Below, piece after piece: positions 10,940-24,702 of a DNA stretch of 64,000 nucleotides. The notes under the pieces are model-generated. The model worked only from the letters and a program-made list of their open reading frames with translations, had not been told where the DNA came from and made no database searches. Source of the stretch: Hypanus sabinus (taxonomy: Eukaryota); assembly GCF_030144855.1 (NCBI RefSeq), contig NC_082731.1:26660001-26724000 (forward strand). Reading direction: 5' to 3'. The stretch's first letter is position 1, and every line of letters starts with the position of its first letter. The position numbers and the translations under genes are program-made.

Positions 10940-13230
10940 AGACCATAAGATATAGGAGCAAAATTAGGCCATCAACTTAACTCCAACATTCCATCATGCC
11001 GGATTTATTATCCCTCCAAACCCCATCCCCCTTCCTTCTAGCTGTAACCTTTGACATCCTGAATAATGAAGAACCTATCAACCTCCACCTTCTGCTGCCC
11101 AAGGACTTGGTCTGCACAGCTGCCTGTGGCAATGAATTCCACAGATTCACCAACATAAAGATAGGTTTTCTCATTACTGTTCTAAATGGATGTCCCACTA
11201 TTCTGAGGACATCCTTTTGGTCCTAGACTCTCCCATTACAGGGCACATCCTTTCCACATCCTCCCTATCCGGACCTTTCAATATTCAATAGTTTTCAATG
11301 AGATTCCTCTCCACCCTAGTTTTCTAAACCCCAGTGAGTAAAGGCCCAGAGCCATCAAGTGGCCTTTATATGTTAGACTTTTCATTCCTGGGATTATTCT
11401 AGTGAACCTCCTCTGGACCCTCTCTGATACCAGCACATCTTTCTTTAGATAAGGGGCCTAAAACTGCTCACAATATTGCAAGAGCAGTCTGACCAGTGTG
11501 TTATAAAGCCTCAGCATTACATCTTTCCTCTTATATGCTAGTCCTATCGAAATGAATGCTTAAATTGATGTTGCCTTCCTTCCAAAAACCCAACCTGCAA
11601 GTTAACCTTTAGAAACTCCTACATGAGGTTTCCGAAGTCCTTCTGCACCTCAGATTTTTCAATTTGCTTCGCATTTAGAAAATAGTCCACACCTTTATTC
11701 TTTCTGTCAAACTGCATAACCATGCACTTTCCTGCACTACATTCCATCTGCCACTTCTTATTCACCCAACCTGTCTAAGTCCTTCCACAGACACCTTTTC
11801 CTCATTGCTACCTGCCCCTCCACTTATCTTCATATCATCCACAACTTTTGCCACAAGGCTGTCAGATCCATCATCCAAATGATTAACAGATAACATGAAA
11901 AGAAGAGGTTCCAGCACCGACCCCTGTGGAACACCACCAGCCAATGGCATCCAACTGGAAAAAGCTCCCATTATTCCTACTCTTTGGCTCCTGCCAATCA
12001 GCCAGTGTTCTCTCCATGTGCTCCTATCTTGTTAAAGCAGCCTGATGTGTGGCATCTTGTCAAAAGTTTTATGAAAATCCAAATAAACAACATCCACAGT
12101 GTTCTCTTTGTCTATCCAGCTTCTCATTTCCTCAAATAATTCCAACTTATCTGTCAGACATGATTTCCCCCTTAAGGAAAGCCTTCTGACTTTGGCCTAT
12201 TTTGTCATCTGCCTCTAAGTAATCTGAAACCTTATCCTTAATAATGGACTTCAACGTCCTTCCAACCACTGAAGTCTGGCTAACTAGCCCATAATTTTCT
12301 TTCTTTTGCCTCCCTCCCTTCATAAAGAGCAGAGCGACATTTGCAATTTTTCAGTCCTCTGGAACATATCCAGAATCAAGTGATTCTTGAAAGGCTATTA
12401 CTAATGCCTCCACAATCTCTTCAGCTATAACTGTCAGAACTCTGGAGTGTAGTCCATCTGGCTGAGGTGACATCTACCTTCAAACTTCTCAACTTTCTCA
12501 ATGCCTTCATATTAATAATTGCATTGTTATCATCTTCTGCCCCCAGACACTCTTTCATTTCTGGCATTCTGCTAGGGTTTTCCAAAGTGAAAACAGGAGC
12601 AAAATATTTATTAAGTTTGTCTGTCATTTCCCCCATTAATACCTGTCCAATGTTCTTTTCCGGCAGTCCAATACCTACTGTCGTCTCTCATTTACTCTTT
12701 ATATATCTCAAAATAACGTATTGTATCCTCTTTTATATTATTGGATAGATTACCTTTATATTTCCCCTTTTTCTCTTTATGGCTTTTTAGTTTCCTTCTG
12801 TTGATTTTTAAAAGCTTCCTAGTCCTCTAACTTCTCTCCAATTTTTGCTCTATTATATGCTCTCCCTTTTGTTTTATGTGCTGTCTTTGATTTCCCTTGT
12901 CAGCCTCATCCTCCCTTCTTCATCTCTGGGATGTATCTCTGCTGAACCTTCTGAACTCTTCCCAGATCCTCCAGCCATTGCTTTCTGCCATCATCCCTGC
13001 TAGTGTCCCCTTCCAATCAACTTTGGCCCGATCCTCACTAATGCCTCTGTAATTCTTTTTACTCTGATGTAATACTGATAAATCTGACTTTCGTTTCTCC
13101 TTCTGAAAATGCAGTTTGAATTCTATCATATTACGATCACTGTCGCCTAAGGGTTCCTTCACCTCAAGCTCCCTAATCAAATCTGGGTCATTCCATAACA
13201 GCCAATCCAGAATTGCTGTTCTCCTAGTAA
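10940..13230 (-). mobile_element. CR1-type LINE ORF2, decayed
   Basis: Minus fragments VPQGSVLEPLLF, EPLGDSDRNMIEF (endonuclease end), CR1 3' UTR and (ACCATAAG) tail near 10935-10950. Confidence 0.8.
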
Positions 13231-14749
13231 TTTCCAAAATGATTCACCTGTTAAACAAAGCTCTGACCACTTCAATACTCAGACAGGAGGACATGGATCA
13301 ATCCCACAGTGGATGCTTGGGCACACCATACAGGCCAGCACTCCAGTGTAGTAGAGGGAATGACCTAATCTCGGATGTGCCAGATTTCAGTCAAAGTATC
13401 AAAGTGACACCTTGTCTCTCCTCCAAATATAATTCCTTATTCTGATAAGACTGTTGGCACCAGCTTAGTGGAGTTTACAGGAATAGGAAGAATTTGGCAG
13501 TAACCTTATTCAAATAATTATAATTTCTTCAAATGAGATGTTGATTAGAGGACTGGTGTAAAAATCTGTTGCTTGTCTCCAGCACCATGTGTGTGATATA
13601 GTAATGGCTGTCTTTGCTTCTGAAATATATTTATACTGACTACATGATGCTGATGTCACTGCATAACATATTTAGCATGGGTGATGGAGGAAGAACTTCA
13701 ACTCCTGAGAGTCTTGGTAAACTACTGGCCAACCAGGAGGGAATGGTAACCTGTATCAGAAAGGACTGAGGAAGTGTGGAAATACATTAGTGCAGACTCT
13801 GTGGAGAAGTGTCGACCAACACAACCAACAGTGACGATGAAATTCCTGGGCAGATGGAGAAATCTCAAAATGTCATTCGATGTAGGTGATATTCTCACTG
13901 AACGACCAGCTCAGAGTCCAGAGAGGAAATGCAGGTTGTGGCAATTCCCAAACCCTTAAGGTGCAAAGTGCACTTGAAAGCATTGGTCCTCAATTCGTTT
14001 CACTGGACAAGGAGAAGTGTTGACTTACCCATCAATTTCCATCTAATAATTTCACATGTTTATAGTTGTGCTTGCATAATTTATTTTTAAACTCTTAGTT
14101 GTTTGAATAGTTTTTGAATGTTGCTTACATTAAGAGCTTTGACAGGTGGATACATTGAAGAGATGTGGTTTGACCAGTTGTCAGAATTACCTTGGACAGT
14201 GCTGTGGATGGGGTTTGTTCTGACCCACCGAAGTGACATCACTTACCTCATGATTGACTCTGTCAATGACAGATTATTGCTGGTGGATGAGGTTAAAATC
14301 ACCCAAAAAGACTGTGTGGACACAGCAGAACATGCAGGAACTCTGGGAGTAGGAGACCAGTGGGAGAGTATGTGTCAGACAGTGTGAATTGCAGTAGATG
14401 AGGCTTTGTTGTCCAACAGTAAGATGGTCAACAGACACACACAGGCTTCAGATTGATTCTGCTATCGGAAGGGGAGCAAACTCAACATTTAGAAAAAATG
14501 TTGGGGAAGTGAGGATTTCAATCCAGGGTAAAAAAACATTAATATATATTTAGCAATAATTAATATAGGCGCAAGGAGATAAAATGTTGAAATGTTGTCA
14601 GTTACAAATTGAAGACATAAGACAACAGACCCAGCTTTAGCAGTGGAGGGGAGAAGGCAGCATCGTTTCAAACTTGTTTCTCCAGATATAGCAGTGAGGC
14701 AGGCTGCAGAGGAGCTCTGCTTGAGTAGCAAATGTGGTGCTTGAAGTTA

Positions 14750-16270
14750 GAATGATGAAGCTTCAGCTGTGACATATCAGCGAAGAAGCTGAACAGAGGT
14801 AAGAATCAATGTAAGCACAGGCAAGGTTTAGCAACTTTAATATTTGTTCTTGGAGCTCCAGGGTCACAGTTAGGACAGTGGTATGCTTGTTCTTCAGAAT
14901 GTGGGACATTGCAGAGGCTTGCAGTGTCACTGAGGACTACACCTGTAGAAAATGCTTGCAGGCTGCGATAAGGAGCTGAAGCTGGATGCACTTAAGAAGC
15001 TGGGATACTGAGAGCATCAAAGATAAGAGTGACAGTGAGGTGGTCTCACATAAGATGCAGGCCAAATGTAGTTGGGTGGCCATCATGAAAAGTAGGGAGT
15101 GGAGACAATGATGCAGGACAATCCTGTGGCTACTCCTCTTGAAAGTGCATGCAAACCAAGTACAGCATTTTGTATATTGTGGTGTAAGTGACGATCCAGC
15201 CAAAGCTGTGGTACCACTGTGCATTGTGGGCAAGGATGAAGGAGGGTGGGATTTTACTGATAGGACCCTCAATAGTTGGGAGGACATAGATGGGAAGCTC
15301 TTTAGTCATAAAATGGATTCCAGGATGGTGTGTTACAGAGCATTTTCAACAGAGAGGGTGAGCAACCCAAGATGGTTGTGCACATTAGCACCAACACCAA
15401 CCAGTAGAGAAAGGGATGAGAGTCGACAGAGTGAATATCAGGAGTCAGGGACGAGGTCAGAGGGTGGTAATCTCTGGATTAATCACTGTGTCATGTGCTA
15501 GTGAGAATAAGGCAAGGAGGATATGGTCTTACGGTTTTATGATACGTAAGAGGACTGCATGTCAGAAAATTTGATGTGGGAGCAGGGATTCAGTTTTGCG
15601 GACTATTGGGATCTGTTCAGGAACAGAAGTGACATGTATAAGAGGGCCAGGTTGTACCTGAACTGGAGGGGTGCCAATTAACTTGGTTTATGCTACTAGG
15701 GAGGGTGAGTAGCAGAGAGGCAGATAGGTTGCCAGAAATTGAGACAGAATTCAATGCCAGTTAGACAAACTGTGGCAGGCAGGGAGCAAGGTAAGGCTGT
15801 TGGATTAAGTTACATGTACATCAATGCAAAAGGCCAGACAGATAAAGTGGATGAATTCAGGACAATGGGTAGTCTATTATACTGGGATATTATAACCATT
15901 ACGGAAGAATTCTAATGGAGAGATAGGAAATGGCAGCTAAATGTTCCAGCGTACAGGTGCTCCAGCTGGAACAGTAGTGGAGGAAAGAGGGTGTGGTTGC
16001 ATTTCTGATTAAGGAGAATGTCACAGCAGTAGCTCAAGATGAAATTACCGAGGGTATTATCCAGTCAGGCTTCATTGGTGGATCAGCAAAACAAGTCTGG
16101 GTGGTCTCCTTTTGGAATTGTACTATTGATCCTTTTAGAGTTCAAGGGCATCCGAGGTACAAATATGCAGCGAGGTTACAAATGGTTGCAAGAATAGGAT
16201 TCTCATAGTAGGGGATTTTAACTTTCCTAAGATAGACAGGGAGACTCATGGTAATAAAGGCTGAGATAGG
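14750..16270 (+). mobile_element. CR1 5' region (ORF1 and start of ORF2), heavily decayed
   Basis: CR1-like ORF1 remnants and an endonuclease start (YINAK...DELR-like, VGDFNFP) with many stops. Confidence 0.55.
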
Positions 16271-16300
16271 GTGGAGTTTAAGAGTGTTCAGGAAGGCTTC

Positions 16301-16812
16301 CACACTCAATTAGCCTCCTCTTGTATGTTTGTGGTCTTCTGCCATTGTAGCCAATCCACTTCAATGCTGGATGTGTTGTACATTCAGAGAAACTCTTTTG
16401 CAAACCACTGTTGTAACGAGAGGTTATTTAAGTTACTGTTGTCTTCCTGTCAGCTTGAACCAGTCGGCCATTCTCCTCTGACCTCTCTTATTAACAAGGC
16501 ATCTTCTTCCATAGAACTGCCACCTGCTAGATGTTATTCTTTGATTTTTGCACCATTCTCTGAAACCTGTAGAAACTGCAGTTCATGAAAATCCCAGGAG
16601 GTCAACATTTTTGAGATACTCAAACCACCCTTTCTGGCACCAACAAGCATTCCATGGTCAGTCACTTAGATTGTGTTTCTTCCCCATTCTGATGAGTGGT
16701 CTGAACAACAGCTGGACCTCTTGGCCATGCCTGCATGCTTTTATGCATTGACTTGAGGCCGCATGATTGGCTCTTTAGATATTTGCATTAACGAGCAGGT
16801 ATACAGGTGCAT
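16301..16812. mobile_element. Tc1-derived non-autonomous element (MITE family A), copy 1
   Basis: Shares internal sequence with the copies at 22161, 35759 and 47208. Confidence 0.65.
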
Positions 16813-17619
16813 GCCGTGAGGGAAAGGACAAAGGTTGACCTACTCTTGAGAAATAGGGCAGGACAAGTGACGGAGGTGACAGTGAGGGAGGGCACTTTGG
16901 ACCAATGACCAAGGTTTTATGTTTATACGAAAAGGACAGATTCCGTTCACAAGTTGAACTAAACTGGCGCAAGGGAAATATTTATTACATTAAACAGGAA
17001 CTTATCAAAGTTGACTAGAGCAGGTTGTTTGCATGAAAAAGGGACATTTAGCAAGTGGGAGGTTTTTGAAAGTGAGATGTTGAGAGTTCAATGTCTACAT
17101 ATTGGAGTGAAGGTCAAGGCTGATGAGAGTAGCGAAGCTAGATGATGAGAGACATTGATACTCTTGCCAGGAAAAGGGAGACGTGGGTTACATTTGGGCA
17201 GCTGGGTTCAAGTGAACACCCAGACTTGTATAGGGGATGCAGGAAATATATCAGTTTGGCAAAAAAAAAATGGGTATGAGATGTCTTTAGCAGAGAAAGC
17301 AAAGAGATTTTGTAAGAATAATAATAGAGTGTAGCTGGAGAGAGACAATATTGGCCTTCATAGACTAAGCTGGATATTTCTGTGCAAAGCATCGGGAAAA
17401 CTGTTTTTACTGTGGAGAAGGATATGAAAAGAGTACAGGAAGGGTTTTGGCCCGAAACATCGACTGTATGCTTTTCCTTGATGTTGCCTGGAGTGTTGAG
17501 TTCTTTCAGCATTTTGTGCGCGTTGCTCTAATCTCTTTAATTCGGGCTCTCTGACTTCAAGCTGGCGGTCTGTCAATGATGCTTTTTACATATACATCTG
17601 CCACAAGGGTGGGTCCCCA

Positions 17620-18130
17620 ATGCCTCAATCCAGGTGGAACTCCAAACTTATAAACCCGCGGAGATTTTTCCAGCAAGTAGAAGGGCGAATGTTTGGGATG
17701 TATGGGGTGTCCAGGGATGGGTAGCACCTCTGATGAAGGGGGTTGTCACGTCTGTTCTGAGGTGGCTCAATCACCTTTGGTCTCCACTGGACACTCATCT
17801 CTCACTCTGGCTCCAAGTAGCTGTTTGCATATGACAGTGGTCACACTGCTTCGACTGGTGGGCTAAACCAGGTGAAGGTAGCCTGTGGCCTCATACCCCA
17901 GTGAGATAGGGACGTGCCCTGTCATTTGGTGTCATCTCCAGCGGAGTGGCTGGATGAGATCTACGGTGAGATCCAATGGCCAGGAAGATGTTACTACGAC
18001 AGTCTGTGGAGAGCAAAGTGCATGCGAAGGCACCAGGAAGTGTCACGAGTCATCCACCGCAGCCAATGGACACAATTGTTCGCACCACTGGACCCAGGTT
18101 TCCGAGCTCGAGAGGGTGGAACTGCTTTAG
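17620..18130 (+). repeat. Interspersed repeat, possibly the 5' region of an RTE-class LINE
   Basis: Recognised only as a recurrent elasmobranch repeat by sequence feel. No diagnostic protein motif. Confidence 0.3.
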
Positions 18131-19010
18131 TGCAATGTGTTTTCTGCTCTAAAAACCAGCAAAAGGATAAGGCCTGGTTTAAATCTGATCTTGTATTCTC
18201 TCATTGGAGGTCCCTCAATGCATCCTTTTCACATTTGCACATCTGCCACGGGACCAGGTCCCCAATGGCTCAACCCGGTGGGGCCAAGCCAAGTACCTCC
18301 CAAGATGACCAATCTCAAACTCCCATCTCTTGTTTGGTGTATTTACATCAAATGCCGTAGAACTATACAGTACAGAAACTGTCCTTCAATTCACCATCTC
18401 TATATTGATCTTCCCGCCCGTCAACATTAAGCCCACTTGTCTGCACTAGTCATGTATCCTCTGTGCCTTATCTGTTCAACTACCTGTCAAAATTTCTCTT
18501 TACTCCAGCAATTGCATCTCACCTCCTCTGGCAGTGAGTTCCAGATGTCTGTGTACAAAACAAAAAGGAACTGCCCGTCAAATTCTCTTTAAAACTCCTT
18601 CACATTATCTTAAAACTATGCCCTCCTATTTTTATGCCTCTAACTTCACAACAAGATTCTTTCTAATTACCCCTCTCTCATCCTATATAACTGTACAAGG
18701 TCACCTCTCTGCTTCTTTTTCTGCAGGGAAAACTACCCCACCTGATCCAATCTCTCTATTAAGCTCAGGACCTCCAGATCAGGTGACATTTTGATGAATC
18801 TCTTTTACTCCTTCTTCAGCTGATCACAGCTTTCCTGTGGTGTCAAACCAGATGTGACCTCAATACTCTGAGTGTGGTTAACCAATGATTTACAAAGTTG
18901 TAATATAACCATCTAGCTTCAATACTCTATGCTCCAATCTATAAAGGCAAACCTTCTTCACCATTCTATCCATGTGTTCCCTTTTCTTTAGCTCTCACTG
19001 TGTACTTAGT

Positions 19011-20117
19011 TGTCAGGAACGGGGGCCGGATGGACCCAAACGCAGGACGCAGACACTGAAGTACTATGGGGAGGACAGGATGGGGATGCCATGGCATTTA
19101 CGGGTTAATGCAGGCGGGGCTGGATCCAAGAGTTCAGACGAGGCAGGCAGGAAAGAGGATCCCACAGTTCAGACCGGGCAAGCAGGCAGGAGGATCCCAG
19201 AGCTCAGACGGGGCAGGCAGGCAGATTCCTCATGGCGGGCCGCAGGGATCCCGGGCAGGGCCGCCTCCCAGGCGGAAAACACAGAGGCCTAGGCCAGACG
19301 CGGACACCTGGGCAGATGCAGGGCACAACCCTTGGGAAACGAGAGGAGGAAAGGGTAGGAGTCCCTAGGGCAGCGGCAGTCCGGCCAAACCCACCCAACG
19401 GAGGCAACGAGTAGGAAGAGGCAGAACCCCCACCGGGCAGCAGCAGACCGGCCAGATCCGCCCAACAGAAGCAATAGGTACGAGGGGGCAGAACCCCCGC
19501 CGGGCAGCAGCAGTCCAGCCGGACCCGCCCGACAGAAGCAACAGATAGGAGGGGGCAGAACCCCCTCTGGGCAGCGGCAGTCCAGCTGGACCCGCCCAAC
19601 AGAGGCAACGAGTAGGAAGGGGGCAGAACCCCCGCCGGGCAGCGGCAGTCCGGCCAGATCTGCCCGACGGAGGCAACGAGTAGGAAGCTGGGTCCAGGGT
19701 GAGCAGCAGAACTACAGTGATCCACCGGGTACATTGGTAAAGGCAACATGGGTAAGACGAACAAGACAGAACAGCGGGACCCGAGAGGAGCAGGAAAAGC
19801 ATGACGAACTGGGTAACACAGGTACAGAGTGGGTTGCAGAACAGGCAAAGGGCAGGATACACAGTAAGATTCGGAACAAACAAACCAGGTATAGATCAGA
19901 CAGGATGCAGAACAAAACAACCACCCGCTCGGTCTCCGTCCCACGGCCCCTTATAAACACCTGCAGCCGAATTGGCCACAGTTGTGCCTCCTTGATCCAG
20001 GATGATCTTAACAGGCTCAAAGGGTCCGGGAGGGACAGCTGCAAGACCCGGAGTCCAGAGCACTCGGACCGGAACGAGACTCGGAACGCGGACTCCGGAC
20101 CGGACCAGACCCTGACA
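19011..20117 (-). mobile_element. Solo LTR (1107 bp) with internal GC-rich tandem array
   Basis: Ends TGTCAGG...CCTGACA; exact 5-bp TSD TTAGT (19006-19010 and 20118-20122); TATA-like TTTATAAGG on minus at about 19950; roughly 60-bp repeats at about 19370-19690. Confidence 0.85.
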
Positions 20118-20142
20118 TTAGTTGAATTCTATGCCCATAGAC

Positions 20143-21867
20143 CGGGGGTCGGCAACCTGCGGCTCCCGAGCCATTTGTGGCTCTTTCACCTCTGTGCTGC
20201 GGCTCCTTGTGGCTTTGGGAAATAATTGGTCAGTATTTAATTAAAATGTATTTTATGTTAGTTTGTTAGCTTTTGAAATGTAATTCTAAATTTGAAGATT
20301 ATGGTGATCTTGTACAATCTAAGTGTGGCGACATCCGAAACGGCTCACAATTAGCCAGCATTCCGGCTAAGGGAGATAGCCTACGGGGGTTTGTGAGTAC
20401 GCGTCTTTTGCAGCATCTGCGTCCATGGGGGCTGGGTTGAGAGAGGCTTAAAAGCAAGGCTGTTTAGTTCGAATAAAGCTATCTTTGACTGCAGTTTACT
20501 GACACCGCTACAACGTGTTTTTATCGCTGGCTGTCCAGACGGAAGGTGCTGAAACGCTTTGTCGCGTGTCTGGAAGAAGTGAAAACTTTCCTGGGCAGCA
20601 AAGGGCTCACCTTTCCTGAGCGGGAACAGCCAGAGTGGCTGGAAAAGCTACACTTCATGGTAGACATGACAGCGCACCTGAACACGCTGAACACAGCTCT
20701 TCAGGGGTAAGGACGTACAGCCCTGCACATGTTGGAGGATGTTTTGGCATTCGAGCGCAAGTTGACAGTGCTTGCCAGAGATTTACAGAAAGGCACTTTG
20801 TCTCACTTCCCCAATTTGAGAGAGTTCAAACAAGGTCACGACATGATAATTTCGGAGTATTTACATTCTGCAATCATCGCAATGCAAACATCGTTTGGGA
20901 AACGCTTCTGTGAGTTCAGAGAGGAAAAAAACACATTATCCTTCCCGGTCACTCCCTTAAGCATCGATCCTTCCCTACTGAATACGACTGCATTGGCAGG
21001 TGTGAGTCAACCTGATCTTGAGATGGAACTGGCCGACATAGCCGACAAAGACATATGGGTGTCCAAGTTTAGACGCTTGACAGCAAACCTTGAAGATGTT
21101 GCCCGTTCTTGCTCAGAAACACAAATGGAGTGATATTGAAAACTTTCCAAAACCGGACAAACTTGTGTTCGAAACATTTATGTAAACATTAAAAAGTATG
21201 CGCTTTGAGTCCTGTCGATCTTTGGATCCACATATGTAAGTGAGCAGGTGTTCTCCAACATGAACTTTATTAAAAACAAACATCGCGCATGCCTCACAGA
21301 TGACAGCTTGCGATCCTGTGTAAAGATGAAGGTGACGTCATACAGCCCTGATGTGCAGACGCTGTGCGCTGAGGTCCAGGAGCAGAAATCCCATTAACCA
21401 AGTATGATAAATATTTTAATTGCCTATTATTTTATGTGTATTCATATTTTTTCATTGTTCAGTGAAATAGTCCTTTTATTTTTCAGGCTGACAGCTGGCT
21501 GATGTTATTTTTGGTTTGCTGCTGGCGGAAAATTTAAGTTCGGCGTTTTTCATAAATACAAGAAGGACTCAAATAGACATTGAGTATTTTACTTTAAAGT
21601 AACTTTCAACCCAACGTCTTTTTTTCAGAGTTCAAAATGTTTTTGTTGCATGCAGAAATGTAATTTCGTTTTCTCTGCAGGAGTTCATCAATTTCATAAA
21701 TGCAACACATTATAGTTTGTTTATACATAGCATAAAGGCAAAAAAAACGTTGTATGCAGTGTTATTTCATTTTAAATGTCAAACGGGTTTTGCGGCTCCC
21801 AGTGTTTTCTTTTCTGTGGGAAACGGGTCCAAGTGGCTCTTTCAGTGGTAAAGGTTGCTGACCCCTG
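20143..21867 (+). mobile_element. hAT (Charlie/Buster group) DNA transposon, internally deleted
   Basis: TIRs CGGGGGTCGGCAACCT and AGGTTGCTGACCCCTG; exact 8-bp TSD CCATAGAC (20135-20142 and 21868-21875; nnnTAnnn). Transposase C-terminal part (WLEKLHFMVDMTAHLNTLN...; ORF 20729-21133; FGSTYVSEQVFS-like dimerisation motif) carries stops. Confidence 0.92.
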
Positions 21868-22160
21868 CCATAGACCATAAGACATAGGAGCAGAAGTAGG
21901 CTATTCAGCCCATGGAGTCTGCTCAGCCATTTCCTCATGGCTGAGTTATTTCCTCTCTCAACCCCATTCCCCTGCCTGGTCCCCATTATCTTCGGCACTT
22001 GTTGAGACTACATTCCATCTGCCCATGTTGTATGCATCTTTCCATCTGTTCTATATTTTGCTGCACCCTTAGGAAATCCTCTTCACTATCCACAACACCA
22101 CCAAATGTATGTTATCCCATGAAGTTACTAATCATTCCTCCTGCATTCCTAGTTAGGTCA

Positions 22161-22650
22161 TATAGTCAATGGCCACTTTATTCTGTACACCTGCTTGTTA
22201 ATGCAAATATCTTATCAGCAAATCAATGCATAAGAGCATGCAAGTTGTTGTTCAGACCAAACATCAGAATGGGGAAGAAATGTGATCCAAGTTACTTTGA
22301 CCGTGGGATGATTACTGGTGCCAGAAAGGTTGAGTACCTCAGAAACTGCTGATCTCCTGGGATTTTCGCACACAGCCGTCTCTAGTGTTCACAGAGAATG
22401 GTGCAGAAAAAACCCCAGAAAAGACATCCAGTGAGTGGTTGTTGTGTGGAAAAAAGTGCCTTGTTAATGAAGAGGTCGGAGGAGAATGTCCAGACTGGTT
22501 CAAGCTGATAGGAAGGTAACAGTTACACCAGTGGTGTGCAAAGGAGTGTCTTTGAATGCATAACATATCAAACCTTGAAGCAGATAGGTTACAACAGCAG
22601 AAAACCACGAACATACACTCATTGTCCACTTTATTAGGTACACACTGTAC
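22161..22650. mobile_element. Tc1-derived MITE family A, copy 2
   Basis: Terminus GGCCACTTTATT...GTACAC; internal sequence is the reverse complement of copies 1 and 4. Confidence 0.7.
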
Positions 22651-22689
22651 CAAACAGCAATACTTCTGGTGCACTGTCATCACGGATTT

Positions 22690-23569
22690 CTAGTCAGAAA
22701 AGCATTCTTCCTTCTCCTGCCCTCTGCCTCCCTATAATAAAGCCAATTTTGGAACCAATTAGCCAAAAGAACATCCATGTGGTCTTTTGCAAACTTAAGA
22801 CATGTAGCAATTTTTTTTTGGGAATTAGTGGTTTCCTCCATGGTGTCCTTCCATGAACACCATTCTTGTTCAGTGTTTTTCTTATAGTGAACACTGAACA
22901 GAAATGTTAGCAAGTTCTAGAGATTTCTGCAGGTCTTTTGCTGTTACCCTTGTGTTCTGTTTCACCACCTTCAGCATTGCACATTGTGCTCTTGGTGTGA
23001 TCTTTGCAGGGTGCCTAGTGCTACGGAGAGTAGCAACAGTACTGAGTTTTCTCCACTTGTAGATAGTTTCTCTTACTGTGGACTGACGAATACTTGGTTC
23101 TTTAGGAATGCTTTTGTTGCCTTTTCCAGCTCCATGCATGTCTGCAATTCTACTTCTAAGGTCCTCTGAAAGTTGTTTTGATGAAGGCATAGTACAAATA
23201 AACAGATCTTTCTTGAGAAGAGCAGACACTGTCAGTAGCCTGAGGGTTAGTGTATCCTTTTTATCATACAGGGCATCTCTGCAATCCACACCTCCAATCA
23301 CATCTCACCTGACTGGAACACCTGACTCCAAATACACTTTGTGGAGGGTATTACCCCAGAGGTTCACAAACTGTTTCCTACAAGTACATGTAATATCTTA
23401 TCATATTTTTCAATAAATAAATGAACAAGTATATTTTTTGTGTTATTTATTTAACTGGGGTCTGTTCAACTAGTGTTAGGACTTACAAGAAGATCTCATT
23501 ACATTTTAGGTCATATTTATTCAGAAGTAGAGAAAATTCTGCAGAGTTCATAAACTTTATCACCCACTG
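22690..23569 (-). mobile_element. Tc1-family transposon 5' part with transposase fragment
   Basis: ORF 22882-23301: MPSSKQLSEDLRSRIADMHGAGKG...STVRETIYKWRKLSTVATL...TAKDLQKSL (paired-like HTH). CAGTG terminus at 23569. Confidence 0.85.
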
Positions 23570-24702
23570 CCTGAGAAGCAACTTGCATCCGCTCCAATTT
23601 GCCTACTGTCACAACAGGTCAATAGAGCAACATCAGATGCCATTTTTTTGGCTCTTCACTGAACCCTGGAATATCTGGACAATGAAGAGATATACATTAG
23701 GATGCTCTTCATTGACTACAGTCTTGAATTCAATTCTATCATGCCCTCAAATGTAATCAATAAGCTTCAAGACCTTGGCCTCAATACTTCCTTGTGCAAT
23801 TGGATCCTCAATTTCCTCACTTGTAGACCCCAGTCAGTTCAGACTGACAGCAACATCTCCACAATCTCCATCAGCACAGGGGCATCACACAGATGTGTGC
23901 TTATCCCCCTGCTCTACTCCCTTTATTCTTATGACTGTGAGGCTAAGCACAGCTCCAATGCCATATTTAAGTTTGTTGACGACTCCACTGTCATTGATTA
24001 AATTAAAGAAAGTGATGAATCTGGAGGGAGATTGAAAATCTGACTGAGTGGTGCCATAACAATAACACCTCACTCAATGTCAGCAAGACCAAGAAGCTGA
24101 ATATTGAATTCAGGTGGAGAAATTTGGAGGTCCATTGAGCAAATCAGAAGTTGAGAGGGTCAGCAACATTAAGTTCCTCAGTGTTATCATTTCATAGAAT
24201 CTGCGATGGGTCCAACACTGAGTGCCATTATGAAGAAATCACAGCAGCACCTCCACTTTCTTAGATGTTTTCTTAGATTTGGCATGTCATCTAAAACTTA
24301 GACAAACTTCTGTAGATGCGCGGTGGAGAGTATATTGACTGGTTGCATCATGAAACTACCAATGAACGGAAAAGCCTACAAAAAGTGGCAGATATAGCCC
24401 AGTTCATCAGAGGTAAAGGCTTCCCTACACTGAGTACACCTACATGGAGCGCTCTCGCAGGAAAGCAGCATTAATCATCAAGGACTTCACTATTCAGGCC
24501 ATGCTCCCCAATCACTGCTGCCATCTGGAAGGAGATACAGGAGACTCAGGACCCACACCATCAGGTTCAGAAACAGTTATGACCCTTCAAACATCAGGCG
24601 CTTGAACCAGAAGGATAACTTCAATCAACTGCACTTGCCCCATCAATAAAATGTTCCCACAACCTATGGATTAACTTTATCTATTGTTCTCAATATTTAT
24701 TA
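23570..24702 (+). mobile_element. L2/Rex-like LINE RT to 3' end
   Basis: MLFIDYSLEFNSI, LCNWILNFLTCRPQSV, FKFVDDSTV motifs. Confidence 0.8.

Noticed and set aside
19370-19690. Possible class-switch region in the J-C intron
   Set aside because: The array is LTR-internal and purine/G-rich on the template rather than the non-template strand. Canonical S regions are not known in cartilaginous fish.
19204-19944. Long overlapping ORFs (up to 246 aa) in the GC-rich array
   Set aside because: They are products of tandem repeats inside a solo LTR with TSD, and show no protein motif.
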